From assembly GCA_020029615.1 (NCBI GenBank), contig JAIBJO010000004.1, positions 3,983 through 67,982 of the forward strand: 64,000 nucleotides of DNA. The letters run 5' to 3'. How positions within the stretch are numbered: the first letter of the stretch is position 1; each line of letters opens with the position of its first letter. The stretch is from Actinomycetota bacterium (GTDB lineage Bacteria > Actinomycetota > Thermoleophilia > Gaiellales > Gaiellaceae). Below the pieces are notes generated by a model, which ran no database searches, was not told where the DNA came from, and saw nothing but the letters and a program-made list of their open reading frames with translations. Positions 11,717 through 20,945 of the stretch are shown piece after piece. The position numbers and the translations under genes are program-made.

Positions 11717-11943
11717 GCGGGCTTCACCAGGCGTTTCCTGCTCGCAAGCGACACTTGAACCCGTGAACCGAATCCCGACCAGCGACGTGCACCTCGACGG
11801 GCCGCGCAGCGGCCGAAAACGGAGGCTGGGCCACCACCCGAAGTAGAGGTCGTGGGCAGACTCCGGTCGCGGCCGAGCAGGCCGATGCCGGTGCGAGCAC
11901 CGCGGCAGAGCCGCGGACAACGGAATCCTCCCCGGAGGGCTGG

Positions 11944-13476
11944 ATGCTCACGGCTGTTGCGGCGCTGATCGGAATCCTCGTCGGAGCTCTCGCCGCGTCG
12001 GCGCTGCTCATGGCACGCTCGCGCTCGCGCGTCCGCTCAGCGGAGGCCGAGCGCAACCGCATCCTCGCCGACGCGGGGCGCGAGGCCGACGCGACTCGTC
12101 GCGAGGCGCAGGTCGATGCGCGTGAGCAGGCCGTCCGGCTTCGCAGCGAGATCGAGACGGAGGTCCAGGATCGGCGGGTCGAGATCGCGAAGATCGAGGA
12201 GCGCATCGTCTCCAAGGACGCCGAGGCGGACGCGAGGCTGCTGGAGGTCGAGCGCAAGGAGCAGGGGCTCGGCGATCGGGAAGTGCACGTCAAGGCTCTT
12301 CAGGACGAGCTCCGTGAGGCGCAGAGAGAGGCACTCGGAGCGCTCGAGCGCATCTCGGGCCTCACGGTTCAGGATGCGCGCCAGCAGCTTCTCGAGCGCT
12401 CGAAGGACCTGGTACGGCACGAGCTCGCCCGAGAGGTTCGGCAGATGGAGGAGGAGGCACGCACCGACGCCCGACGGCGGGCGAGAGCGCTCATCGCCGA
12501 CTCGCTCCAGCGCGTCGCGGCAAGCCATACGGCAGAGGCCACCGTCTCCGTGGTGGAGCTCGCGTCGGACGATCTCAAGGGACGCATCATCGGCAGAGAG
12601 GGGCGCAATATCCGGGCTCTCGAGCACCTGACCGGGGTCGACTTCATCATCGACGACACGCCGCATGCGGTCGTCCTCTCGTCGTTCGACCCGATGCGCC
12701 GAGAGATCGCGCGGGTGACGCTCGACAAGCTGATCGAGGACGGTCGGATCCACCCGGCGAGGATCGAGGAGATGTACTACCAGGCGAAGGCAGAGTTGGA
12801 CGAGCACGTCCTGCAGGCGGGAGAGCAGGCGGTGTTCGAGGCCAACTGCGGCGAGTTCCACGAGGAGCTCGTTCGTGTCCTCGGGCGGCTCCGGTACCGG
12901 ACGAGCTACGGGCAGAACGTCCTCAAGCACACGCTCGAGGTGGTCCACCTCGGAGGGATCATGGCTGCCGAGCTCAAGGCGGGGGTGAGAACGACGAAAC
13001 GGGCCGCGCTCCTGCACGACATCGGCAAGGCCGTGAGCCACGAGGTGGAGGGGTCGCACGCGCTCATCTCCGCGCAGCTCGCCCGCCGCCACGGGGAGTC
13101 CGAGGGTGTCGTGCACGCGATCGAGGCCCACCACTACGAGGTTCAGCCGCAGACCGTCGAGGCGGTACTGCTGATCTCTGCCGACGCTGTGTCCGCGTCG
13201 AGGCCGGGGGCTCGCGGGGAGAGCCTCGAGAACTACATTCGCAGGCTCGAGGCGCTCGAGGAGATCGCGACGACGAAGACCGGGGTCGCCAAGGCGTACG
13301 CACTGCAGGCGGGCCGCGAGATCCGCGTGATCGTCGAGCCGAGCGAGATCGACGACGACGCAGCGGTGCTCCTCTCGCACGAGATCGCGCGTGAGATCGA
13401 GGACCAGCTCGAGTACCCGGGCCAGGTCAAGGTGATCGTCATCCGCGAGAGCCGCGCCATCGAGGTCGCGAAATAG
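11944..13476 (+). CDS. rny: ribonuclease Y
   Basis: N-terminal TM helix, long charged coiled coil, KH domain GRIIGREGRNIRALE, HD domain LLHDIGKA. Confidence 0.93.
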   Translation: MLTAVAALIGILVGALAASALLMARSRSRVRSAEAERNRILADAGREADATRREAQVDAREQAVRLRSEIETEVQDRRVEIAKIEERIVSKDAEADARLLEVERKEQGLGDREVHVKALQDELREAQREALGALERISGLTVQDARQQLLERSKDLVRHELAREVRQMEEEARTDARRRARALIADSLQRVAASHTAEATVSVVELASDDLKGRIIGREGRNIRALEHLTGVDFIIDDTPHAVVLSSFDPMRREIARVTLDKLIEDGRIHPARIEEMYYQAKAELDEHVLQAGEQAVFEANCGEFHEELVRVLGRLRYRTSYGQNVLKHTLEVVHLGGIMAAELKAGVRTTKRAALLHDIGKAVSHEVEGSHALISAQLARRHGESEGVVHAIEAHHYEVQPQTVEAVLLISADAVSASRPGARGESLENYIRRLEALEEIATTKTGVAKAYALQAGREIRVIVEPSEIDDDAAVLLSHEIAREIEDQLEYPGQVKVIVIRESRAIEVAK

Positions 13477-13699
13477 ACGCCGGCGCCGCCGCGCGCGGCT
13501 GGGTGAGAACTTGGGGGAGCGCGTGGCCGACCGGCGACGTCGACGCGGTGGCTGCACTGTACGATCGCCGGAACGTCGCTCCTCCGTTTCGGCGATGACG
13601 GCCTCGTCGTCGAGCAGCGCGATGTGTGGGCGACGGTTCCGCAATGGCATGACCTCTCCGCCTGGGCGCGGTAGCGCGGAACACCTACGATTCGGATCC

Positions 13700-15022
13700 G
13701 TGAAGCGCTATCACGTCACGACTTTCGGCTGCCAGATGAACGCTCACGACTCCGAGCGCATCAAGGGACTGCTCGAGTCCCTCGGCTTCGGCGAAGCCGT
13801 CTCGGCCGACGAGGCTGACCTCGTCGTGTTCAACACGTGCACGATCCGGGAGAAGCCGGACACGCGTCTCGCGGCCCATCTCGGCAACGCCGCCGCGCGG
13901 AAGCGGGAGCGGCCGGAGCTCGTGATCGCCGTGGGCGGCTGCTACGCCGAAGCTCAGCGCGAGCGCATCTTCGAGCAGTACCCGTTCGTCGATGTCGCTT
14001 TCGGGCCCGGGTCGATCCCGCATCTCGGTGAGTGGCTGGGAGCGGGAGGATACGGAGTCCCGCCGGGCAGCTTCGGGACGCACGAGCACTTCGCAGCAGA
14101 TCTCCCACAACGTCGTGAGCGCTCGTTTCAGTCATGGGTGCAGGTGTCGATGGGCTGCAACTCCGCGTGTGCCTACTGCATCGTCCCGGCTGTTCGCGGG
14201 CGCGAGCAGAGCCGGCGACCAGGCGAGATCGTGGCCGAGGTGAGCGCGCTCGCGCAGGCAGGCGTCCGCGAGATCACGCTTCTCGGCCAGAACGTCAACT
14301 CGTGGGGGCGTGATCTCGCCCCCGGGCTCCGAACGGACTTCGGTGAGCTCCTCCGCGCGTGCGACGAGGTCGACGGGATCGAGCGGATCCGCTTCACGAG
14401 CCCCCATCCGAAGGACTTTCGGAAGCCCGTGGTCGCGGCGATCGCCGAGTGCGAGAGCGTCTGCGAGCATGTGCACCTCCCACTGCAGTCGGGATCGGCG
14501 CGGATCCTCAAGCGCATGCGGCGCACGTACGACCCCGAGCGGTACCTACGGTTGGTGGACACGCTGCGCTCGTCCGTCCCGGATCTCGCGCTCGGGACCG
14601 ACGTGATCGTCGGATTCCCGGGAGAGACCGATGCAGACTTCGCCGAGACACTCGCGCTCATCGAGACGGTCCGGTTCGACAGTGCGTTCACGTTCATCTT
14701 CTCGCCCCGGGCAGGCACCGAGGCCGCCCAGCTGTCGGATCAGGTCGCTGACGAGGTCAAGCACGAGCGCCTCGAGCGGCTGGTAGAGGCGGTTCAGCGA
14801 ATCGCTGCGGAGCGAAACACCAGCCGCGTCGGCGGGCTCGAGGAGATCCTCGTCGAAGGACCGAGCCGGACCGACCCCTCCCTGCGGAGGGGCCGGACGA
14901 GGCGGAACACGATGGTCAATTTCGCGGGCTCGGCGCCGGCCGGGAGCTTCGCGACGGTCGCCATCGACGACGCGACGTCGACGACGCTTCGCGGTCGCGA
15001 GGTGTCGCTGGTTGCCGCCTAG
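13700..15022 (+). CDS. miaB: tRNA-i6A37 methylthiotransferase MiaB
   Basis: GTG start just before VKRYHVTTFGCQMNAHDSE (UPF0004 domain). Radical SAM CNSACAYC motif and C-terminal TRAM domain. Track codons 13511-13699 are an Arg-rich artefact. Confidence 0.92.
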   Translation: MKRYHVTTFGCQMNAHDSERIKGLLESLGFGEAVSADEADLVVFNTCTIREKPDTRLAAHLGNAAARKRERPELVIAVGGCYAEAQRERIFEQYPFVDVAFGPGSIPHLGEWLGAGGYGVPPGSFGTHEHFAADLPQRRERSFQSWVQVSMGCNSACAYCIVPAVRGREQSRRPGEIVAEVSALAQAGVREITLLGQNVNSWGRDLAPGLRTDFGELLRACDEVDGIERIRFTSPHPKDFRKPVVAAIAECESVCEHVHLPLQSGSARILKRMRRTYDPERYLRLVDTLRSSVPDLALGTDVIVGFPGETDADFAETLALIETVRFDSAFTFIFSPRAGTEAAQLSDQVADEVKHERLERLVEAVQRIAAERNTSRVGGLEEILVEGPSRTDPSLRRGRTRRNTMVNFAGSAPAGSFATVAIDDATSTTLRGREVSLVAA

Positions 15023-15086
15023 CACCGATCTGCGGCGTTTTCACACACTCGGCACATCTGGCACACACATGCAACGGTTCCGACGA

Positions 15087-15120
15087 TACGCTGGCAGCGG
15101 GTGGTGGGATGGGGTGCCCC
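15087..15120 (+). repeat. 34-nt G-rich motif, copy 1 (TACGCTGGCAGCGGGTGGTGGGATGGGGTGCCCC)
   Basis: 32 of 34 nt identical to 20946-20979 in the same orientation. Overlaps the 5' edge of miaA. Confidence 0.85.
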
Positions 15121-16015
15121 GGTGGAGGTGACCTCGTCGCGATCCGAGGTCGTCGCGATCTTCGGGCCCACGGCCAGTGGGAAGACGGCTGCCGCCGAGC
15201 TCGTTGCCGCCGCGCTGCTCACGGAGGTCGTCTCCGCCGATGCGCTGCAGGTGTACCGCGGGTTGCGGATCCTGACCAACCAGCCGAGCAGGTCGACGCA
15301 GCTCGTCGCGATTCGTGAGCTCTCTCAGGAGTTCTCGGTCGGTGAGTACGCAGAGCTTGCGCACCAGGAGATCGACCGGCTCGTCGCCGAGCACGGAGTC
15401 GCCGTCGTCTCCGGCGGCACCGGGCTCTACCTCCGCGCCGCTCTCGTCGATCTCGAGCTGCCACCGCCAGCCGAGAACGGCGCACGTACACGCTGCGAGG
15501 CCATGTACGACGAGGACCCGGACGCGGCGTTCGCCCGACTTTCGCAGCTCGACTCCGCGGCCGCGTCGACGGTGCATCGCAACGACCGGCGACGGGTCGT
15601 TCGCGCGCTCGAGCTCGCCGAGAGCGGATCCTCACTCGTCCCGAGTCGCAATCGCCTCTGGTCGGCCGACACGCGCCGGCCGACGACGCTCGTCGGTATC
15701 GACGTACCTCGAGGCGAGCTGGAGCGGAGGATCCGGATGCGGACCGCAGTGATGTTCGAGCGCGGGGTGGCGGACGAGGTACGCCACGTTCTCGCGAGAC
15801 CGATCTCGAGGACAGCCGAGAAGGCTCTCGGCCTGAGCGAGCTGGCCGAGCTCGGCCCCGAGCATGCGCAGGAGCGGCTCGTCGCTCGAACACGTCGGTA
15901 CGCCGCGTACCAGCAGAAGTGGATGCGACGACTAGACGGGATCGTCATGATCGACGGCGACCGGTCCCCGAAGGAGGTGGCGGGTGACATCCTCGACCTG
16001 GTCCGCGCTCGGTAA
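15101..16015 (+). CDS. miaA: tRNA dimethylallyltransferase MiaA
   Basis: P-loop FGPTASGKT followed by MiaA-like sequence. Start uncertain: GTG 15101 or GTG 15128. Confidence 0.9.
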   Translation: MVGWGAPVEVTSSRSEVVAIFGPTASGKTAAAELVAAALLTEVVSADALQVYRGLRILTNQPSRSTQLVAIRELSQEFSVGEYAELAHQEIDRLVAEHGVAVVSGGTGLYLRAALVDLELPPPAENGARTRCEAMYDEDPDAAFARLSQLDSAAASTVHRNDRRRVVRALELAESGSSLVPSRNRLWSADTRRPTTLVGIDVPRGELERRIRMRTAVMFERGVADEVRHVLARPISRTAEKALGLSELAELGPEHAQERLVARTRRYAAYQQKWMRRLDGIVMIDGDRSPKEVAGDILDLVRAR

Positions 16016-16685
16016 CACCTACGTGGTCGTCGAGCCCAACCTCCAACGAGCACTCACCAGCAACGACGCACGTGTGCTGGCCTCCGATACGGACGGCGTC
16101 GTCGAGGTTCTCTCGGCAGGCGTAGACGACATGCACGTCGTCATCTGGAACCCGGACGGATCCCGCGCCGAGCTCTCTGGAAACGGAGCACGCATCGCTG
16201 CTGCGTGGCTCGCGGAACGCACAGGCGCGCGCCGGATTTCGGTTCACGTCGGCGATCGCGAGGTCGTGGCGAACGTGCTCGAAGACGGCCTCATCGAACA
16301 GGACCTCGGAGAGGTCCAAGTAGGGCCACGAGAAGTCGTCGCCGAAACGACGCTGGTCGCAGTCTCGGTAGGCAATCCACATGCAGTAGTGGTCGGAGAC
16401 CCCGACGACATCGCTCGCCTCGGGCCCCTGCTCGAGATGCATCCGCGGTTCCCCGAGCGCACCAATGTCCAGGTCGTCCGGATCGACGCACCGGGGGAGG
16501 TCACGGCGCGTGTCTGGGAGCGCGGCGTGGGGGAGACGGCGTCCTCCGGGACGAGCGCCGTTGCCGTGGCAGCCGCGACACACGATGTAGGTGACGTCCT
16601 CGTGCACTTCCCCGGCGGAGACCTACGCGTGCGGCTCGAGCACGGAAGGGCGCGGCTCACCGGCCCCGCGGAGCGGGTTCTCTAG
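15984..16685 (+). CDS. diaminopimelate epimerase-like protein lacking both catalytic cysteines
   Basis: DapF-fold motifs NPDGSRAELSGNGAR, VGNPHAVV and WERGVGETASSGTS. Ser sits where Cys is expected at codons 65 and 188. Adjacent to dapD-dapE. Confidence 0.7.
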   Translation: MTSSTWSALGNTYVVVEPNLQRALTSNDARVLASDTDGVVEVLSAGVDDMHVVIWNPDGSRAELSGNGARIAAAWLAERTGARRISVHVGDREVVANVLEDGLIEQDLGEVQVGPREVVAETTLVAVSVGNPHAVVVGDPDDIARLGPLLEMHPRFPERTNVQVVRIDAPGEVTARVWERGVGETASSGTSAVAVAAATHDVGDVLVHFPGGDLRVRLEHGRARLTGPAERVL

Positions 16686-16770
16686 GACGCGTACTCCGCG
16701 AGCTCGACGAGTTGCCCCTCGCACGCGGAGCGAGCGAGCGTAGGGACGCTCGTGCGGCGCTGTGGCGTCG

Positions 16771-17568
16771 TCAGGTCGCGATCTCGAACTCTCGCAAGAC
16801 GTCGTTGAGCGACGTCTTGCGGTCGGTCGACGCACTACGCTTGCCCACGATCAAGGCGCACGGCAGGTCGTAGCGTCCGGCGGGATAGTCCTTCGGGCGA
16901 GCGCCCGGCAGCACGACCGAGCCTGCTGGCACGTATCCGCGGTGCTCGACCGGCTCCGGCCCGGTGACGTCGATCACCGGGATCGACGCCGACAGGACGA
17001 CGTTGGGTGCGATCACCGCTCCCTCGCCCACGATCACCCCTTCAACCACGATCGCGCGCGACCCGAGGAATGCACCATCCTCGACGATGACCGGTCGGGC
17101 CTGCGGCGGCTCCAGCACACCACCGATCCCGACGCCTCCCGAGAGGTGCACGTCCGCGCCGATCTGAGCGCACGAGCCCACCGTCGCCCAGGTGTCGACC
17201 ATCGTGCGCGGGCCGACCCACGCACCGATGTTGACGAACCCGGGCATGAGCACGACGCCTTCGGACAGGAACGAGCCGTAGCGCGCGACGCCAGGAGGGA
17301 CCACCCGAACGCCCCGCTCGGCGTGATCCGCCTTCACGGGGATCTTGTCGAGGAAATGGAGTCCTCCCAGGTCCATCGGCTCGACCTTTCGCAACCGGAA
17401 GTACAGGAGGATCGCCTTCTTCGCCCACTCGTTGACCACCCACCCGGTGCTTGCTCGGTGGGCGACACGCTCTTCACCACGGTCCAGGCGCGCGATCGCA
17501 TCCTCGATGGCGCTCGCATCGAGCTCACCGGAGTCCCACAGCTCGTCGATTCGATGGGCCAGCTCCAT
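16771..17568 (-). CDS. dapD: 2,3,4,5-tetrahydropyridine-2,6-dicarboxylate N-succinyltransferase
   Basis: ATG at 17568 shares 1 nt with the dapE stop. Hexapeptide-repeat left-handed beta-helix region, N-terminus MELAHRIDELW. The upstream 58 track codons are an Arg-rich extension. Confidence 0.85.
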   Translation of the reverse strand: MELAHRIDELWDSGELDASAIEDAIARLDRGEERVAHRASTGWVVNEWAKKAILLYFRLRKVEPMDLGGLHFLDKIPVKADHAERGVRVVPPGVARYGSFLSEGVVLMPGFVNIGAWVGPRTMVDTWATVGSCAQIGADVHLSGGVGIGGVLEPPQARPVIVEDGAFLGSRAIVVEGVIVGEGAVIAPNVVLSASIPVIDVTGPEPVEHRGYVPAGSVVLPGARPKDYPAGRYDLPCALIVGKRSASTDRKTSLNDVLREFEIAT

Positions 17569-18656
17569 CACGCTGCATCTTCCTTCATCGCGCCGAGGAA
17601 GAAACGCTCGAGCGTTGCATACGCGTGCAGGAGCGCGGCGATCTCGACGTGCTCGTCCTGTCGGTGTGCGAGCGCTGTGTGGCCCGGGCCGAAGTTCACG
17701 GCGTCGATGTCGTTCGCGGTGAAGTCGGAGACGTTCGTCCACGCCTGCTTCGGCTCGACCTCGAGATCGCCTGCGACCCGAAGCCGGCGCAGGAGCGGCG
17801 AGTCGGTCACGACCCGGCCGGGGGCGGCATTACTCGAGATCGCGAGCGTCGCGCCCGGCGGGACGAGCGCGCGAAGACAGGACTCGGCCTCGTCGGGAAA
17901 GCGGTCCGGCGGGTACCGGAAGTTGACCGTCGCGCTCGCTTCGCCCGGGATCACGTTGTCGGCGATCCCGGACTCGAAGCGCGTGACTGACAAGACTTCC
18001 CTGAACTCCAGGCCGCCGACCACGGCGACGCGCGGTGGGATCCGGAACAGCGCGGACAGGCCTTCGACCGCTCGCTCGATCGCGTTGTCGGCGAGCCACG
18101 GGCGGGCCGAATGACCGCTCCTTCCGCGGAACACGATCCGTGCGACGACGTTACCGAGGCAGCCTGCTTGAATCCGGCCGTCGGTCGGCTCCAGGAGGAT
18201 GGTCAGCGCGGCGTCGTGAATTCTCTCGGAGCCTGCGAACAGCGCCGGCAGCGGGTTGTGCTCGGACGGCAGCTCCTCACGCCCGAACAGGACGAGCCCG
18301 ACGTCATACGGCCCCGGAGCTCGTCCCTCGAGATCGCGCAGGAGCTCGAGGGCGACAGCGACACCTCCCTTCATGTCGCTAGCGCCGAGCCCGTGCACCG
18401 CGCCATCACGGATCTCACCGGGCAGATTGCCCTGCTCGGGAACCGTGTCGTAGTGGCCGACGAGCACGACGAGCGGCACGTCGCGGCGATCCGCCGGGCA
18501 GAAGAAGAACACCTCGTCTCCTGCGAACTCGACGACGAGCGAGCTCGGTACGAGCGAGAGGACATGCTGGCGGATCGCGTCCTCGCTCCCGCTGACGGAC
18601 GGGATGTCGACCAGCTCGAGCGTCCGCGCTGCGAGTCGATCGGCGAGCGCGGTCAC
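17568..18656 (-). CDS. dapE: succinyl-diaminopimelate desuccinylase (M20 metallopeptidase)
   Basis: M20 motifs VVLVGHYDTVP and GASDMKGG. Coupled to dapD. Confidence 0.8.
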   Translation of the reverse strand: MTALADRLAARTLELVDIPSVSGSEDAIRQHVLSLVPSSLVVEFAGDEVFFFCPADRRDVPLVVLVGHYDTVPEQGNLPGEIRDGAVHGLGASDMKGGVAVALELLRDLEGRAPGPYDVGLVLFGREELPSEHNPLPALFAGSERIHDAALTILLEPTDGRIQAGCLGNVVARIVFRGRSGHSARPWLADNAIERAVEGLSALFRIPPRVAVVGGLEFREVLSVTRFESGIADNVIPGEASATVNFRYPPDRFPDEAESCLRALVPPGATLAISSNAAPGRVVTDSPLLRRLRVAGDLEVEPKQAWTNVSDFTANDIDAVNFGPGHTALAHRQDEHVEIAALLHAYATLERFFLGAMKEDAA

Positions 18657-18686
18657 GGGCCCAGCCTACAGCGGCATAATCCCTGC

Positions 18687-19994
18687 GTGACCGCGCGCCA
18701 GCCCGATCCCGCAGCCGGGGCGGAGCCGGAGCGCGGTGTCGTCGTCGGGGTCTTTCCGAAAGGAGCCGACGGAGCGTCGGAGCTCGCGGAGCTTCGCGAG
18801 CTGGCCCGTACGGCCGGTGTCGCGACGGTGGCCGAGGTGGTGCAGCATCGTGCGCACCCTGACCCGCGCACCTTCGTCGGGAAGGGAAAGCTCACGGACC
18901 TCAAGCAGGCCTACTCCGATTCGTCCGGCGAGGTGCTCCTCGTCGACGACGAGCTCAGCCCGACGCAGCAGCGCTCGCTCGAGGACGCGCTCCAGGCACG
19001 CGTCGTCGACCGAACGCAGCTGATTCTCGACATCTTCGCCCAGCACGCACGAAGTGCGGAGGGCAAGCTCCAGGTGGAGCTCGCGCAGCTCGAGTACAAC
19101 CTTCCCCGAATGCGCGGGATGTGGCAGCACCTCGAGCGCCTCGGTGGCGGCGTGGGAACGCGCGGCCCGGGTGAGAGCCAGCTCGAGAGCGACCGTCGTC
19201 TGGCGCGCACGCGCGTCGCGCTCGTGAAACGTCGGCTGCGGGCGCTCAGCGGCCAACGCGCGACCCGCCGAAAGGAGAGACAGCGGACGACGGTGCCCAC
19301 GATCGCTCTCGCCGGGTACACCAACGTCGGGAAGTCGACGCTTCTGAACGCGCTCACGGGAGCCGGCGCATCGGTGGACGACCGCCTCTTCGAGACGCTC
19401 GATCCGACCACGCGTGCGTTCGAACACGACGGGAAGCGATATCTCGTGACCGACACCGTCGGCTTCGTGCGACGCCTTCCGACGCAGCTGGTCGAGGGCT
19501 TCGCGGCGACGCTCGAGGAGACACTCGTGGCCGACCTCGTCCTGCACGTCGCCGACGCGTCACTGCTCGACGAGCGGTTGCGAGAGACGATCGACGCAGT
19601 TCACACCGTGCTGGCGAACATCGGTGCCGACGACATCCCGCTCGAGCTGGTGCTCAACAAGGTGGACGTGCTCGACCCACTGGCACGCCGACGTGTTTCT
19701 CATGCATTCCCGCGCGCACTGCAGATCTCGGCGAGCACGGGGGAGGGGTTGGAGACGCTCCGGGCGCGGATCGCCGAGCTCTTCTCCGATCGGTTCGAAG
19801 AGGTGCGGCTGCTGGTCCCGTACTCGAACGGGAGGGCGCTGGCGGAGCTGTACGGCCTCGGCGCGCCGATTGCAGAGCGCCGAGACACGCCTGAAGGCGT
19901 TCGTATCCGTGCACGGCTTCCTCGACAGGAGATCGGACGCTTTGCGAGCTTCCTGGTCGCGGGAGAGCCAGAGCAGGAAGCGACCGCGTCGTGA
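18687..19994 (+). CDS. hflX: GTPase HflX
   Basis: HflX N-domain ERGVVVGV...Q.R..PDPRTFVGKGK, G1 GYTNVGKST, G3 DTVGF. GTG start chosen; the upstream track codons are antisense to dapE. Confidence 0.9.
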   Translation: MTARQPDPAAGAEPERGVVVGVFPKGADGASELAELRELARTAGVATVAEVVQHRAHPDPRTFVGKGKLTDLKQAYSDSSGEVLLVDDELSPTQQRSLEDALQARVVDRTQLILDIFAQHARSAEGKLQVELAQLEYNLPRMRGMWQHLERLGGGVGTRGPGESQLESDRRLARTRVALVKRRLRALSGQRATRRKERQRTTVPTIALAGYTNVGKSTLLNALTGAGASVDDRLFETLDPTTRAFEHDGKRYLVTDTVGFVRRLPTQLVEGFAATLEETLVADLVLHVADASLLDERLRETIDAVHTVLANIGADDIPLELVLNKVDVLDPLARRRVSHAFPRALQISASTGEGLETLRARIAELFSDRFEEVRLLVPYSNGRALAELYGLGAPIAERRDTPEGVRIRARLPRQEIGRFASFLVAGEPEQEATAS

Positions 19995-20425
19995 TCGACG
20001 TACCGGTCCACCGGCTTCGCGACGATGCCATCCTGCCGAGCCGGGCGTACCCGGAGGACGCAGGGCTCGATCTCGTGGCGTGTGAGGGTGTGACTCTCGA
20101 GCCCGGCGAGCGAGCGACGGTCGCGACGGGTGTCGCCATCGAGATTCCGGCTGGGTACGCGGGGTTCGTGCAGCCACGCTCAGGGCTCGCGGCACGCCAC
20201 GGAATCGGCGTCGTGAACTCGCCGGGCCTGATCGACTCGGGCTACCGCGGCGAGATTCGCGTCGTCCTCCTCAACACCGACGCACGAGACTCGTTCACCG
20301 TCGAGCCGGGCATGCGTGTGGCCCAGCTCGTAATCGCACCGGTGGCCATCGTCCGGCTCGTCGAGGTTGAGGAGCTCGCCGCGAGCGAACGGGGCGTGAA
20401 GGGCTTCGGATCGTCGGCCCGCTGA
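19991..20425 (+). CDS. dut: dUTP diphosphatase
   Basis: GTGA overlap with the hflX stop. Motifs AGLDL, RSGLAARHGI and IDSGYRGEI. Confidence 0.9.
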   Translation: MIDVPVHRLRDDAILPSRAYPEDAGLDLVACEGVTLEPGERATVATGVAIEIPAGYAGFVQPRSGLAARHGIGVVNSPGLIDSGYRGEIRVVLLNTDARDSFTVEPGMRVAQLVIAPVAIVRLVEVEELAASERGVKGFGSSAR

Positions 20426-20427
20426 GC

Positions 20428-20886
20428 GTGGAGCCTCGGATTCGCGTCTCGGCGATTCTTCGCTGGCGCGGGCGAATCCTGCTGCTCCGGCACGAAAAGG
20501 GAGGTGACGAGGCCTGGCTCCTCCCCGGCGGTGGCGTGCGGACCGGGGAGAGCCTGATACGCGCGTTACGCCGCGAGCTGGAGGAGGAGACGGGACTCTT
20601 CCCCGAGGGCGTCGAGGTGCCGCTCGAGGGGCCCGTCGCCCTCGTCGACTCGATCTCCCCCGAGAAGTGGCCAAAGCGCAAGCACGTCGTGCACGTCATC
20701 TTCGCCGCGGACATCTCCGGGTCCCTCGAGGAGGTGACGTCTCGGGACGCGGCGGTTCGGGGCCATCGTACGTTCGACGTCCACGAGCTCGACTCGATCT
20801 CGGTTCATCCGCCGATCCAGCGGTTCCTGCAACGCTGGCAGCCGGGTGACCCCGCCGTCTACCTCGGCGAGATGTGGGTGCCGTAA
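20428..20886 (+). CDS. NUDIX hydrolase
   Basis: Nudix box GGGVRTGESLIRALRRELEEETGL. Confidence 0.8.
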   Translation: MEPRIRVSAILRWRGRILLLRHEKGGDEAWLLPGGGVRTGESLIRALRRELEEETGLFPEGVEVPLEGPVALVDSISPEKWPKRKHVVHVIFAADISGSLEEVTSRDAAVRGHRTFDVHELDSISVHPPIQRFLQRWQPGDPAVYLGEMWVP

Positions 20887-20945
20887 CGGCGCCGCCTGGC
20901 ACGCTTTCGACACCATTCGCGCACCACCGGTACATCTTTCCTCGT

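Noticed and set aside
13511-13699. N-terminal extensions of real genes in the track: miaB from 13511, cinA from 8128, thpR from 9192, hflX from 18111, gatD to 22425, cdsA to 46993, ispG to 43676, dapD to 17742.
   Set aside because: The extra codons are Arg-rich, overlap neighbouring genes, and are absent from the conserved family N-termini. Internal GTG/ATG/TTG starts with overlap coupling or an SD fit better.
15109-15318. ORFs beginning ATGGGGTGCCCC (MGCP...) inside both copies of the G-rich motif (15109-15318 and 20968-21216).
   Set aside because: One is out of frame within miaA and the other is antisense to gatD. The downstream sequences are unrelated and Arg-rich. The shared start simply reflects the repeated DNA motif.
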